The translations under genes and the position numbers were made by a program. The notes under the pieces were generated by a model, which did no database searches, had not been told where the DNA came from, and was given only the letters and a program-made list of their open reading frames with translations. Below are positions 7,802-16,231 of a DNA stretch of 32,000 nt, one piece after another (the first letter of the stretch is position 1; the number at the start of each line of letters is the position of its first letter). The DNA is from an uncultured Gammaproteobacteria bacterium (lineage in GTDB: Bacteria; Patescibacteriota; Microgenomatia; Daviesbacterales; UBA10151), in NCBI GenBank assembly GCA_964360965.1, contig CAYHYM010000005.1, positions 1 to 32,000 on the forward strand. Direction: 5' to 3'.

Positions 7802-9145
7802 TTAAGAGATTCTTATTAACTTATATTTGAAAATCACACTAAGCAAAATCAAGGTAATTAAAGAAACAGGTAAACTGATCAGTGAAGTTAGAGGGTTTAT
7901 GTAACCAAAACCAAGTAGTAATATCACACTAACGAAAGCTAGCAATAGACTAAAAAAGACGGCCATTTTGTTAAGCTTCCAAAAGAGAGATCCAAATACA
8001 ATAGGAAAAAGACCAACTGAAAGACTTGCTAAAGATAACATAATGCTAATTATGTTTTGATAGAGAATTGCTGTTATAACTGCTAATATTAGAAGTATTC
8101 CAACAAATATTCTTGTCATGAACCTCATTGAAGTTTTCATAAATGATGGTGAATAATTTTTAAGATCTCGGGTTAAAATTGAAGATATAACAAATGTTAC
8201 AGTATCAGTTGATGAAAGAGATACAGCATAAAGCAAAACCAGACCAAACTCTTTTAAGAAAAAGGGTAGTAAGTTAGAAAATCCCACTACCAGCGCCTCT
8301 TCTGGTTTAATGCCTGGAAAATATTGGCGGGTGACTATACCAACAATACTGATGACAAAGGCTAAAAAGATAAGTATCACTGATGCACTTTTCAGGCTAT
8401 TTTTAAGAATAGATACATCCCGTGCTGCGAATATTCTCTGCCAAAGATCAGGAGCAGTAAAAATCACAAAGACGCCAAGAACTATAAATGCAATAAGGTC
8501 AGTAGGATTAATACTACCAATATTTACACTAGATAATGCTCTTGGATTTCTGAAGATTAAATATCCACCAACTGTGATAACCATCAAGAACATGAGAATT
8601 ACTTGGAAAAAGTCAGTCCGTATAACAGCCTTAAATCCAGACAATGTTAGATAAGATAAAACGATTACTCCTCCAATTATAACAGCAAGAGTATAGGAAA
8701 TAGGAAAAAATGCAGTAAGGACCTTCCCACTGATAATAAGATTGACTATAAGGATGCCAATAAATTGTACTATTATCATGATTGAAAAAAGTAAACCACT
8801 AGATTTACCAAAAAGTCTAAAAAAATATTCTGGCATAGTATAGGTATGCATTTCATCTGCTTTTGATTTGATTTTATGAACCAACAATTGAAGTAAGAGA
8901 AAACCCACAATTAAACCTGAAAAGAGCCAGATTGCAGAGAAGCCAAATTGATAGATGAAGGCAATATATGTAGCAAGGATTGCTCCATCAAAAAAACCAG
9001 CAGCCAGTGTTGTAGGAAGAAAAACACCTCCTACCTTTCGGTCAGAAAGCATGAAGCCTTCTTCTGTTTGCTTTTTAGAAGTAAAAAATCCTATCCCAAC
9101 AAGAATCAAGATATATAGAAAAAATAATGAGAGAGCTAAAATCAT
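7802..9145 (-). CDS. Sodium:solute symporter family (SSF) transporter
   Basis: 447-aa polytopic protein. The N-terminus MILALSLFFLYILILVGIGFFTSKKQTEEGFMLSDRKVGGV matches the TM1-loop signature of SSF permeases (PutP/PanF type). Confidence 0.7.
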   Translation of the reverse strand: MILALSLFFLYILILVGIGFFTSKKQTEEGFMLSDRKVGGVFLPTTLAAGFFDGAILATYIAFIYQFGFSAIWLFSGLIVGFLLLQLLVHKIKSKADEMHTYTMPEYFFRLFGKSSGLLFSIMIIVQFIGILIVNLIISGKVLTAFFPISYTLAVIIGGVIVLSYLTLSGFKAVIRTDFFQVILMFLMVITVGGYLIFRNPRALSSVNIGSINPTDLIAFIVLGVFVIFTAPDLWQRIFAARDVSILKNSLKSASVILIFLAFVISIVGIVTRQYFPGIKPEEALVVGFSNLLPFFLKEFGLVLLYAVSLSSTDTVTFVISSILTRDLKNYSPSFMKTSMRFMTRIFVGILLILAVITAILYQNIISIMLSLASLSVGLFPIVFGSLFWKLNKMAVFFSLLLAFVSVILLLGFGYINPLTSLISLPVSLITLILLSVIFKYKLIRIS

Positions 9146-9151
9146 AGTTTC

Positions 9152-9160
9152 AGTCTAGCA
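9152..9160 (-). promoter_or_regulatory. Extended -10 element TGCTAGACT, 6 nt upstream of the ATG at 9145 (minus strand; predicted leaderless)
   Basis: The minus-strand reading is tgc tagact gaaact ATG. There is no Shine-Dalgarno. Confidence 0.45.
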
Positions 9161-9205
9161 CAAAATCGGCCAATTTCCACCATTATTTAGGTTATCAGTA
9201 AATGT

Positions 9206-9234
9206 TTGCTTATAAGTTGCTTTCCCCATATAAT
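9206..9234 (+). promoter_or_regulatory. Sigma70-like promoter TTGCTT-N17-TATAAT for the operon starting at 9246
   Basis: TTGCTT at 9206-9211 and TATAAT at 9229-9234. The ATG is 11 nt downstream with no Shine-Dalgarno. Confidence 0.5.
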
Positions 9235-9245
9235 TAACCTTATAT

Positions 9246-9848
9246 ATGGCTATTTTTTATGACCGGATGGGGAGAGAACTAACCACGAAAGAAGCTGGTG
9301 GTAAAGCTGTCAATCGGACTGTCAATATCATTTTAGATTTTGAGCTGATGATCCTTAGGTGGATAGGTCATATTCCAGTTCACTCAATTAGAAAATTTTT
9401 CTATGCATTAAGCGGCATAAAAATTGGTGAAGGTTCAACCATCCATATGTGGGCAAATTTCTTTTATCCGCCAAATATCTCAATAGGTGATGATACCATT
9501 ATTGGTGATCATGTATTTTTAGACGGCAGGGATATTCTTAAAATAGGTAGTCATGTTGATATTGCCTCACAAGTTTTAATCTATAACAGTGAACATGATA
9601 TTAACTCTGAGGATTTTCAAGCCACCGAGTCCCCAGTTGAGATTGGAGATTATGTATTTATAGGTCCCAGAGCAATAATTCTTCCAGGAGTACGGATTGG
9701 TAAAGGGGCGGTGGTTGGGGCAGGAGCAGTAGTTACCAAAGATGTTGCAGATTTCATGATAGTGGGAGGGGTACCTGCCGAGGTAATTGGAGAAAGGAAA
9801 CTTAAAAGTCTACATTATCGGTTGGGAAGATCAAGACTATTCCAGTGA
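9246..9848 (+). CDS. Left-handed beta-helix (hexapeptide repeat) O-acetyltransferase, WbbJ/WcaF-like
   Basis: Hexapeptide repeats IGDDTIIGDHVFL...IGDYVFIGPRAIILPGVRIGKGAVVGAGAVVTKDV with the VGGVPA tail. Confidence 0.8.
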   Translation: MAIFYDRMGRELTTKEAGGKAVNRTVNIILDFELMILRWIGHIPVHSIRKFFYALSGIKIGEGSTIHMWANFFYPPNISIGDDTIIGDHVFLDGRDILKIGSHVDIASQVLIYNSEHDINSEDFQATESPVEIGDYVFIGPRAIILPGVRIGKGAVVGAGAVVTKDVADFMIVGGVPAEVIGERKLKSLHYRLGRSRLFQ

Positions 9849-9851
9849 AAG

Positions 9852-10436
9852 ATGAAATTTTCAAAAAAATCTTTAATTTTAATTACTTTTTTTTTGATCG
9901 GACTTATTTATATTTTGTCTCCCGGTCCGGATTCTATCGATGATTTTGAGGCTATCCCCGATTCTTTAAAATCAGATGAGCCGGGAGATACTTATCAGGT
10001 GCCTGAAGTTGCAGCCTATTTCTCTGACTTTAATCGGGAGAGTATAACTAATTTTTATAGGGATGACTTTAGGGAAAAATTCATTTTTGGCTGGATTTTC
10101 CCTCCAATATCCCTTAATTATCCCCCCATTGCTGCTTATCAATATGTTCGTGATCTACTACAGCAGAGCACTTTTTTAGAGGAATACATTTACCCTCTGC
10201 GTGGATCAATTTTTGTAAATGGATATGAGCCTCATGTAGAAAAAGAGATTAAGAAATTTACACATGATAAAAGTGGTGGCCCGATGCAAATTAAAGGCCA
10301 ATATTTTAAATCTAAAACTACCATCCGTTTTTATCCTGTCAGCGCTCATTTGGCACTTTTGACCTATCTGGGGATTTGGGTGGCTTTAATCCTGCTTTTT
10401 AGGCTGTTTGAAAAGGTAGTAGGGGAGGAAATATGA
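9852..10436 (+). CDS. Hypothetical bitopic membrane protein
   Basis: N-terminal TM (LILITFFLIGLIYIL) and C-terminal TM (LALLTYLGIWVALILLF) flank a ~140-aa soluble domain. It lies 3 nt after the upstream stop, and its stop overlaps the next start (ATGA). Confidence 0.55.
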   Translation: MKFSKKSLILITFFLIGLIYILSPGPDSIDDFEAIPDSLKSDEPGDTYQVPEVAAYFSDFNRESITNFYRDDFREKFIFGWIFPPISLNYPPIAAYQYVRDLLQQSTFLEEYIYPLRGSIFVNGYEPHVEKEIKKFTHDKSGGPMQIKGQYFKSKTTIRFYPVSAHLALLTYLGIWVALILLFRLFEKVVGEEI

Positions 10437-11317
10437 CTGTTGCATTAAGTATTGTTGAATATAATACCAAAGATCTGCTTCGGGATTGTTTAAAAACAAT
10501 CTTTTCCCAAAAGTGGCAGAATCAGGTTAAGGTCTGGGTGGTAGACAATGCTTCAAAGGATGATTCTGTTTTGATGGTTAAAAAAGAGTTTCCCGAAGTA
10601 AGGCTGATAGAAAGTAAAAAGAACTTAGGCTTTGGGGCAGGGCACAACCTGGTGTTTAAAAAAGCAAACTCAGATTACTTTCTGATTTTAAACTCTGATA
10701 CCAAGATGGGCGCTGGAGCGATTGATGGGATGGCTGCCTTTTTAGAAGAAAATCCAGATTGCGCTATCGCAAGCTGTAAAATTTTGGGATTTGATGGGTA
10801 TCTCCAGCCAAACGGTGGCGATTTGCCTATTGGTTTAGCTCTTTTTAATTGGCTTTTCAATTTAGAATTATTTGGTTCTATTAAAGCATCTTTTCATAGA
10901 AATGATAAATCATATTATCAAAATGCCCATAAAGTTGGTTGGGTTTCCGGAAATTTTATGATGGTCAAAAGGGAAGTTTTCAAAAAAATTGGATTTTTTA
11001 ATGAGGATTATTTTATGTATTTTGAAGATGTAGAGTTTTGTTACAGAGCAAAAAAAGCAGGATTTGAGGTTTGGGTTAATCCTAATGTTAATATTTTACA
11101 TCTTTCAGGTGGCAGCCAGGATGATCCTAAACTGCGGCAATGGCTGGGTGAATTTAGAGGGTTGGTACTATTTTATCGGCAAAATTTTGGGATATTAGCC
11201 TCATATTTCATTAAAATCCTGGTTTATTTGGCAATCATGGTGAGAATTATTACCTTTGCGCTGATGGGCAGGTTAAATTATGCCAAAACCTATGCTAAAG
11301 TTATCTTTACTTTGTAA
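10433..11317 (+). CDS. Family 2 glycosyltransferase (WbbL/rhamnosyltransferase-like subgroup)
   Basis: SIVEYNTKDLLRDCLKTIF...VVDNASKDDS, LNSD and FMYFEDVEFCYRAKKAGF are typical of this GT2 subgroup. It is paralogous to 15346..16230. Confidence 0.85.
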   Translation: MTVALSIVEYNTKDLLRDCLKTIFSQKWQNQVKVWVVDNASKDDSVLMVKKEFPEVRLIESKKNLGFGAGHNLVFKKANSDYFLILNSDTKMGAGAIDGMAAFLEENPDCAIASCKILGFDGYLQPNGGDLPIGLALFNWLFNLELFGSIKASFHRNDKSYYQNAHKVGWVSGNFMMVKREVFKKIGFFNEDYFMYFEDVEFCYRAKKAGFEVWVNPNVNILHLSGGSQDDPKLRQWLGEFRGLVLFYRQNFGILASYFIKILVYLAIMVRIITFALMGRLNYAKTYAKVIFTL

Positions 11318-12716
11318 AAAATATCTTTTTTGGTGGGTTGTTTTTATATCGGTTTTTATACCGCTATATCCGAAATTTCCCTTATTTAGTATACCGGGCA
11401 CTTATGTGGCTGTCAGAGTTGAGGATTTTTTAATAGCGGTGGTGATATGTTGGTGGTTGATAGCTATTTTCCCCCAAATTAAGACTTTTGTATCTGAGAC
11501 TGTGACCTTAACCTTCCTACTTTTTTTTAGCATTGGCGCCCTGTCACTATTTTCAGCCATATTTTTAACCCAGACAATTACTCCTCATTTGGGATTTTTT
11601 CATTTATTAAGAAGGATAGAGGTGATGATGCTCTTTTTTGTATCCCTTTCTGCCTTTACCAGTCTTAAGCAGGTCAAAATTTGGCTGGGGGCGATGTTTA
11701 TAGCTACTTCGGTGGTTATTTTGTATGGTTTTGGACAACAACTTTTATCTTTTCCGGTTATATCAACCACCAACAAAGAATTTTCCAAAGGCCTGGTACT
11801 TTTTCTATCTCCTGAGGCCAGAGTTAACTCAACTTTTGCCGGTCATTATGATTTGGCCAGCTATTTGTCGCTTTTTTTGACAATGGCTTTATCTTTCTGG
11901 ATATTTCACAAAAGGTATTTCCAAAAACTGGGCATTGCTGTGGTTGGTCTTGCCGGTTTTATTTTGCTGTCTTTGACTGCTGCCAGGGTTTCTTTTTTTA
12001 CTGCCATTCTGGGTCTTACCAGTGTGCTTTTTATCAGTGGTCATAAAAAATTAATTCTGCTGCTTTTTATTTTATCTATCCTCTCATTTCTTGTTTTTCC
12101 GGAACTGAGGCACAGGACTGTGGCTACTTTGACTGTAAATTTATTAGGGGGTGGTGGACCTAAATATAGTATCCCCCCCCAAAAGGAAAATCCCACCAAG
12201 ACTTTTTCTATAGAGAATGCTGCTTCCGGTTTAGGCACGTTGTCAGGAGTACCGGTTGATGTGGCTCCTGGTGAGCCGCTCAATACCATGGAACTGGGTG
12301 TTTACAGGTCATTTGGGATAAGGCTTAATGAGGAGTGGCCCAGAGCAATTAGGGCTTTTTGGAAAAATCCCTTTTTGGGAACAGGATATTCCTCAATCAC
12401 CATTTCAACAGATAATGATTATTTAAGATCACTGGGTGAAACAGGACTGCTTGGTACCCTTTCTTTAATGTTAATATTTTATTTGATTTTGAAAAAAATA
12501 ATAAAATTTCTTAGAAAAAGAAGTTTGACTTTAGTATACTATTTAAATTTAGGAATATTTTGCGGACTATTGGTTATATTTTTAACTATCATTTTTATAG
12601 ATGTGTTGGAGGCTTCCAAAATAGCTGCGCTTCTTTGGCTTTCATTGGGAGTAGGCCTTTCCGCAATCAGGATAGAGGAGAATCGGGCCAAACCATTGGT
12701 TCACCCATTTAGATGA
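11280..12716 (+). CDS. Wzy_C / O-antigen-ligase-family polytopic membrane protein (polymerase, ligase or O-oligosaccharyltransferase)
   Basis: About 10 TM segments with a large loop. The motif region ...FLGTGYSSITISTDNDYLRSLGETGLLG matches the conserved end of the Wzy_C domain. The exact start is uncertain (ATG at 11280 or 11292). Confidence 0.65.
   Translation: MPKPMLKLSLLCKKYLFWWVVFISVFIPLYPKFPLFSIPGTYVAVRVEDFLIAVVICWWLIAIFPQIKTFVSETVTLTFLLFFSIGALSLFSAIFLTQTITPHLGFFHLLRRIEVMMLFFVSLSAFTSLKQVKIWLGAMFIATSVVILYGFGQQLLSFPVISTTNKEFSKGLVLFLSPEARVNSTFAGHYDLASYLSLFLTMALSFWIFHKRYFQKLGIAVVGLAGFILLSLTAARVSFFTAILGLTSVLFISGHKKLILLLFILSILSFLVFPELRHRTVATLTVNLLGGGGPKYSIPPQKENPTKTFSIENAASGLGTLSGVPVDVAPGEPLNTMELGVYRSFGIRLNEEWPRAIRAFWKNPFLGTGYSSITISTDNDYLRSLGETGLLGTLSLMLIFYLILKKIIKFLRKRSLTLVYYLNLGIFCGLLVIFLTIIFIDVLEASKIAALLWLSLGVGLSAIRIEENRAKPLVHPFR
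12173..12180 (+). repeat. Poly-C(8) homopolymer inside the Wzy_C-family CDS
   Basis: atCCCCCCCCaa encodes I-P-P-Q in the large loop. Confidence 0.9.
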
Positions 12717-14179
12717 ATATAATCAAAAGTCCAATTTTATATTTAACACTAATTTTAATTCTGGCTTTTTTCTTTCGGTTTTATAAAATTTCCTCCCCCA
12801 TTGCTGACTGGCATTCCTGGAGACAGGCAGATACCGCGGCTGTTACCAGAAATTTTATTAAGGAAGGATTTAATCCATTTCTTCCAAAGTATGATGATAT
12901 GTCCATAGTTTCAGAAAATTCCATGCCTAACTTATCAAGATTTCGTTTTGTGGAATTTCCTGTTTATAATATTGCAGTTTATCCCCTATATTTATTTTTT
13001 GGAGTTAATGAAAGTTTGCATCGTTTGGTATCAGTGATATTTTCTTTGCTGAGTTTAATTTTTCTATATTTAATAGTAAGAAAATACCTGGGAGAAATTC
13101 ATGCTCTGCTGTCAGCTTTAATTTTTGCAATTTTGCCTTTTAATGTATTTTTCTCAAGGACCACTCTTCCTGAGCCAACTTTTGTTTTCTTTTGTCTGGC
13201 AATGGTATATTTTATTGACAAATGGATTTTTCAAGGAAGTAAAATTTATTTTATTTTGGCATTATTTTTTACAGCTGCTTCATTTCTGATAAAACCCTGG
13301 GCTTTCTTTTTCTTGGTACCTTGTTTATATTTGGCAGTAAAAAAAGAGGGGAGAATTTATCAGCCGCCCAAAAAATTTATAATTTTTTTCGTTTTGGCTA
13401 TTTTACCGTTTGTTTTATGGAGGGTTTGGATAATGCAATCCCCTGAGGGTATCCCCGCTGCTTCATGGCTTTTAAATGGGGATGGGATACGTTTTAAGCC
13501 CATTTTTTGGTGGTGGATTATTTCTGAAAGACTAGGAAGAGAAATTTTGGGAACAGTAGGTTTTGCGCTTTTTGCCTTGGGACTTATCATCAGGCCAAAA
13601 GACGGAAACTGGTTTTTCCATATTTGGGCCTTGTCTATGTTTTTATTTATTATAATTTTTGCCACTGGCAATGTCAGACATGATTATTACCAGATAATTT
13701 TTGTGCCAATTGCCTGTATAATTTTGGCAAAGGGATTTATCTTTTTAATAAAAGGTGAATCATTATTTATCCCCAGGATTTGGACTATTATTATGGGAGT
13801 ACTTTTTCTACCGCTGACTTTTTATTTTGGATGGAAAGAAGTTGGAGGATTTTATCAGATTAATAATCCCGCTATTTTAGAAGTTGGGAAAAGAGCAGAT
13901 GATATTTTACCTAAGAATGCCGTGGTTGTTGCTCCTTATAATGGAGACACGGCATTTTTGTATCATATTAACAGACCAGGGTGGCCGGTGGTGGCTTTCC
14001 CAATGGAAGAATTGATAAAAAAATATGGTGTAACATATTATGTTTCTACCACCAAAGATGCAAAAACATCCTGGGTAATGAGGCATTTTGCAATTATCGA
14101 AGAAGGAAAAAATTATGTTATTGCTGATTTAACCAAACAAAAAAAAGAATATGATATAGGTGATCCGGAACCACTATAA
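12713..14179 (+). CDS. GT-C fold glycosyltransferase (PMT_2/GT39/ArnT-like), second copy
   Basis: The ATGA start overlaps the upstream stop. FRFYKISSPIADWHSWRQADTAAVTRNF in the N-terminal loop and the polytopic hydrophobic body are typical of this family. Confidence 0.7.
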   Translation: MNIIKSPILYLTLILILAFFFRFYKISSPIADWHSWRQADTAAVTRNFIKEGFNPFLPKYDDMSIVSENSMPNLSRFRFVEFPVYNIAVYPLYLFFGVNESLHRLVSVIFSLLSLIFLYLIVRKYLGEIHALLSALIFAILPFNVFFSRTTLPEPTFVFFCLAMVYFIDKWIFQGSKIYFILALFFTAASFLIKPWAFFFLVPCLYLAVKKEGRIYQPPKKFIIFFVLAILPFVLWRVWIMQSPEGIPAASWLLNGDGIRFKPIFWWWIISERLGREILGTVGFALFALGLIIRPKDGNWFFHIWALSMFLFIIIFATGNVRHDYYQIIFVPIACIILAKGFIFLIKGESLFIPRIWTIIMGVLFLPLTFYFGWKEVGGFYQINNPAILEVGKRADDILPKNAVVVAPYNGDTAFLYHINRPGWPVVAFPMEELIKKYGVTYYVSTTKDAKTSWVMRHFAIIEEGKNYVIADLTKQKKEYDIGDPEPL

Positions 14180-14180
14180 C

Positions 14181-15371
14181 ATGAAAGTATTAATGCTGAC
14201 GCCATATTTACCATATCCGCTTTTGACCGGAGGGCAGACCAGGTCCTTTAACTTAATAAAAAGACTATCCGCCTTAAATCATAAAATTACTCTTTTTTGT
14301 CTTGTCAAAAATGAGGATGAGAAAAAATACGTTCCACAGCTTAAAAAATTTTGTCAGGATGTCAGAGTTTTTTATAGATCAGAAAAACCCTGGACACTGG
14401 GAAATATTCTGCGTACTGGATTTAGTTTCTTTCCATTTTTGGTTATCAGAAATTGGGCAAATGGAGAACGGGATGCCATTTTAGATCTGCTGCAAAAAGA
14501 AAAATTTGACCTGATCCATGCAGAAACTTTTTATGTGATGCCCCATATTCCAAAAACACAAATCCCCATACTTTTGGTTGAACAAACAATTGAATATTTA
14601 GTTTATGAACATTTTGCCAGTGAGTATCCTTTAATCCCCGTAAAACCTTTACTTTTTTTAGATGTTTTAAAGATGAAATATTGGGAGCACAAATTTTGGC
14701 AAAAAGCCCAGAAAGTGGTGGCTATGTCTGATGATGATAGACAAATTATGCAAAATGATATACCAGGTCTTAATGTAGACATAGTGCCCAACGGTGTAGA
14801 TTGTACTTTTTTCAGTCAAAAAGTTACAGATAAAAATTCTGTTCTGACTATACTTTATCTGGGAAATTTTACCTGGTTACAAAATCATGAGGCAGTAAAT
14901 ATTCTGGTTAAAAAAGTTTGGCCACTGATTAAGCTTAAATTTTTAGATGCTAAACTTTGGATAATCGGTAAAGAAGCCAAAATTTTTTTCTCCGGTTTAG
15001 AAGGAAGTGATGTGACAGTTGATGAGATAGAAGATGTAAGATATGCATATCAAAAAGCTTGGGTTTTGGTTGCTCCAATCTATGGAGGAGGAGGAACCAG
15101 ATACAAAAACTTAGAGAGTTTTGCCTCAGGACTGCCGGTTGTGACAACATCTTTGGGTATTGGGGGAACAGAGGCAAGGGATGGGGTGGAGGTGATAATC
15201 AGAGATCAGCCGGAACAAATTGCGGAAGCTGTAATAAATCTTATAAAAAATACAAATCTTTATCAAAAAATTGCCAAAAATGCCAAAAAAATGGTGAAGC
15301 AAAAGTATGATTGGGATTCAATAGCTAAAAATTTAAGCTCAATTTATGAAGAACTTGGACAAAAGCCTTAG
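14181..15371 (+). CDS. Family 4 (GT-B) glycosyltransferase
   Basis: The track ORF starts at 14160, but MKVLMLTPYLPYPLLTGGQTRSFNLIKRL at 14181 is the canonical GT4 N-terminus and removes the overlap. GGGTRYKNLESFASGLPVVTT is the donor-binding region. Confidence 0.85.
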   Translation: MKVLMLTPYLPYPLLTGGQTRSFNLIKRLSALNHKITLFCLVKNEDEKKYVPQLKKFCQDVRVFYRSEKPWTLGNILRTGFSFFPFLVIRNWANGERDAILDLLQKEKFDLIHAETFYVMPHIPKTQIPILLVEQTIEYLVYEHFASEYPLIPVKPLLFLDVLKMKYWEHKFWQKAQKVVAMSDDDRQIMQNDIPGLNVDIVPNGVDCTFFSQKVTDKNSVLTILYLGNFTWLQNHEAVNILVKKVWPLIKLKFLDAKLWIIGKEAKIFFSGLEGSDVTVDEIEDVRYAYQKAWVLVAPIYGGGGTRYKNLESFASGLPVVTTSLGIGGTEARDGVEVIIRDQPEQIAEAVINLIKNTNLYQKIAKNAKKMVKQKYDWDSIAKNLSSIYEELGQKP

Positions 15372-16230
15372 TATTATTATTGTTAATTATAACGGAGGAG
15401 ACTATTTACTTAGGTGTTTAACATCTGTTGTGGGAATATCAGATGAGGCTGCTTTGGATATTTGGGTGGTAGATAATGCTTCTTGGGATAACAGTTTAAA
15501 ATTAGCCAAGCAATGGTATCCTAAGATTAACTATATTAAAAATAGTCAAAATTTAGGTTTTGGAAAAGCCAATAATCTAGCATTAAAACAAGTTAAAAAT
15601 GAATATATTTTATTGCTTAATCCTGATTCTGAGGTTATGAGTGGGACTCTAAGCTCTATGTTAGATTTTATGGATCAACACCAAGAGGTAGGTGTTGCTT
15701 CTTGTAGAGTAGAAAAAGAAGATGGTTCTATTGATTTTGCATCTCATAGAGGATTTCCTACACCATGGGCCTCTTTTTTATATTTTATTGTGGGAGATAG
15801 TAGTTTGTATCATTTAACAAATCAAGATATGGAAAAACCTCACGAAGTAGATGCTATTGCTGGAGCTTTTTTCTTAACTAGAAAATCAGTTTTAGAAAAG
15901 ACGGGTTTATTTGATGAGGATTATTTTCTTTACGGCGAAGATTTAGATTTATGTTATAGAATTAAACAAGCTGGTTTTAAAATTATGTATGTACCTGATG
16001 TTAAAATTATTCATCATAAAGGGATATCATCCGGTATTAAAAAGCATAGTCGAGATGTGACCACTGCCACCGCGGAGTCAAAGAAAAAAGCTCTCAATTC
16101 CTTTTATGAAACTATGAAGATTTTTTATAAAAAACATCTGGAGCAAAAATATCCCTTTTTCATCAACTGGCTGGTTTATTTAGGAATTGATCTAAAATGG
16201 TGGTTAGCCAAAAGGAGCATGCAAGTTTAG
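15346..16230 (+). CDS. Family 2 glycosyltransferase (WbbL-like subgroup)
   Basis: SIIIVNYNGGDYLLRCLTSV...VVDNASWDNS, LNPDS and FLYGEDLDLCYRIKQAGF. It overlaps the upstream gene by 26 nt. Confidence 0.85.
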   Translation: MKNLDKSLSIIIVNYNGGDYLLRCLTSVVGISDEAALDIWVVDNASWDNSLKLAKQWYPKINYIKNSQNLGFGKANNLALKQVKNEYILLLNPDSEVMSGTLSSMLDFMDQHQEVGVASCRVEKEDGSIDFASHRGFPTPWASFLYFIVGDSSLYHLTNQDMEKPHEVDAIAGAFFLTRKSVLEKTGLFDEDYFLYGEDLDLCYRIKQAGFKIMYVPDVKIIHHKGISSGIKKHSRDVTTATAESKKKALNSFYETMKIFYKKHLEQKYPFFINWLVYLGIDLKWWLAKRSMQV

Positions 16231-16231
16231 T

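Noticed and set aside
14160-14180. Upstream extensions of track ORFs: 14160 for the GT4 gene and 28514 for the murB-like gene.
   Set aside because: Internal ATGs (14181, MKVLMLTPY...; 28568, MDNKIKL...) give canonical N-termini and remove or shorten the overlaps with upstream genes.
14302-15310. Same-strand alternate-frame ORFs 14302..14484 and 15059..15310 inside the GT4 gene, 17439..17636 inside the next GT4, and 24462..24647 inside rsmH.
   Set aside because: They are nested out of frame in genes with strong GT4 or RsmH motifs. Their products are Arg/Cys/Lys-rich with no motifs. The one in rsmH exists only because the GC-rich island removes stop codons.
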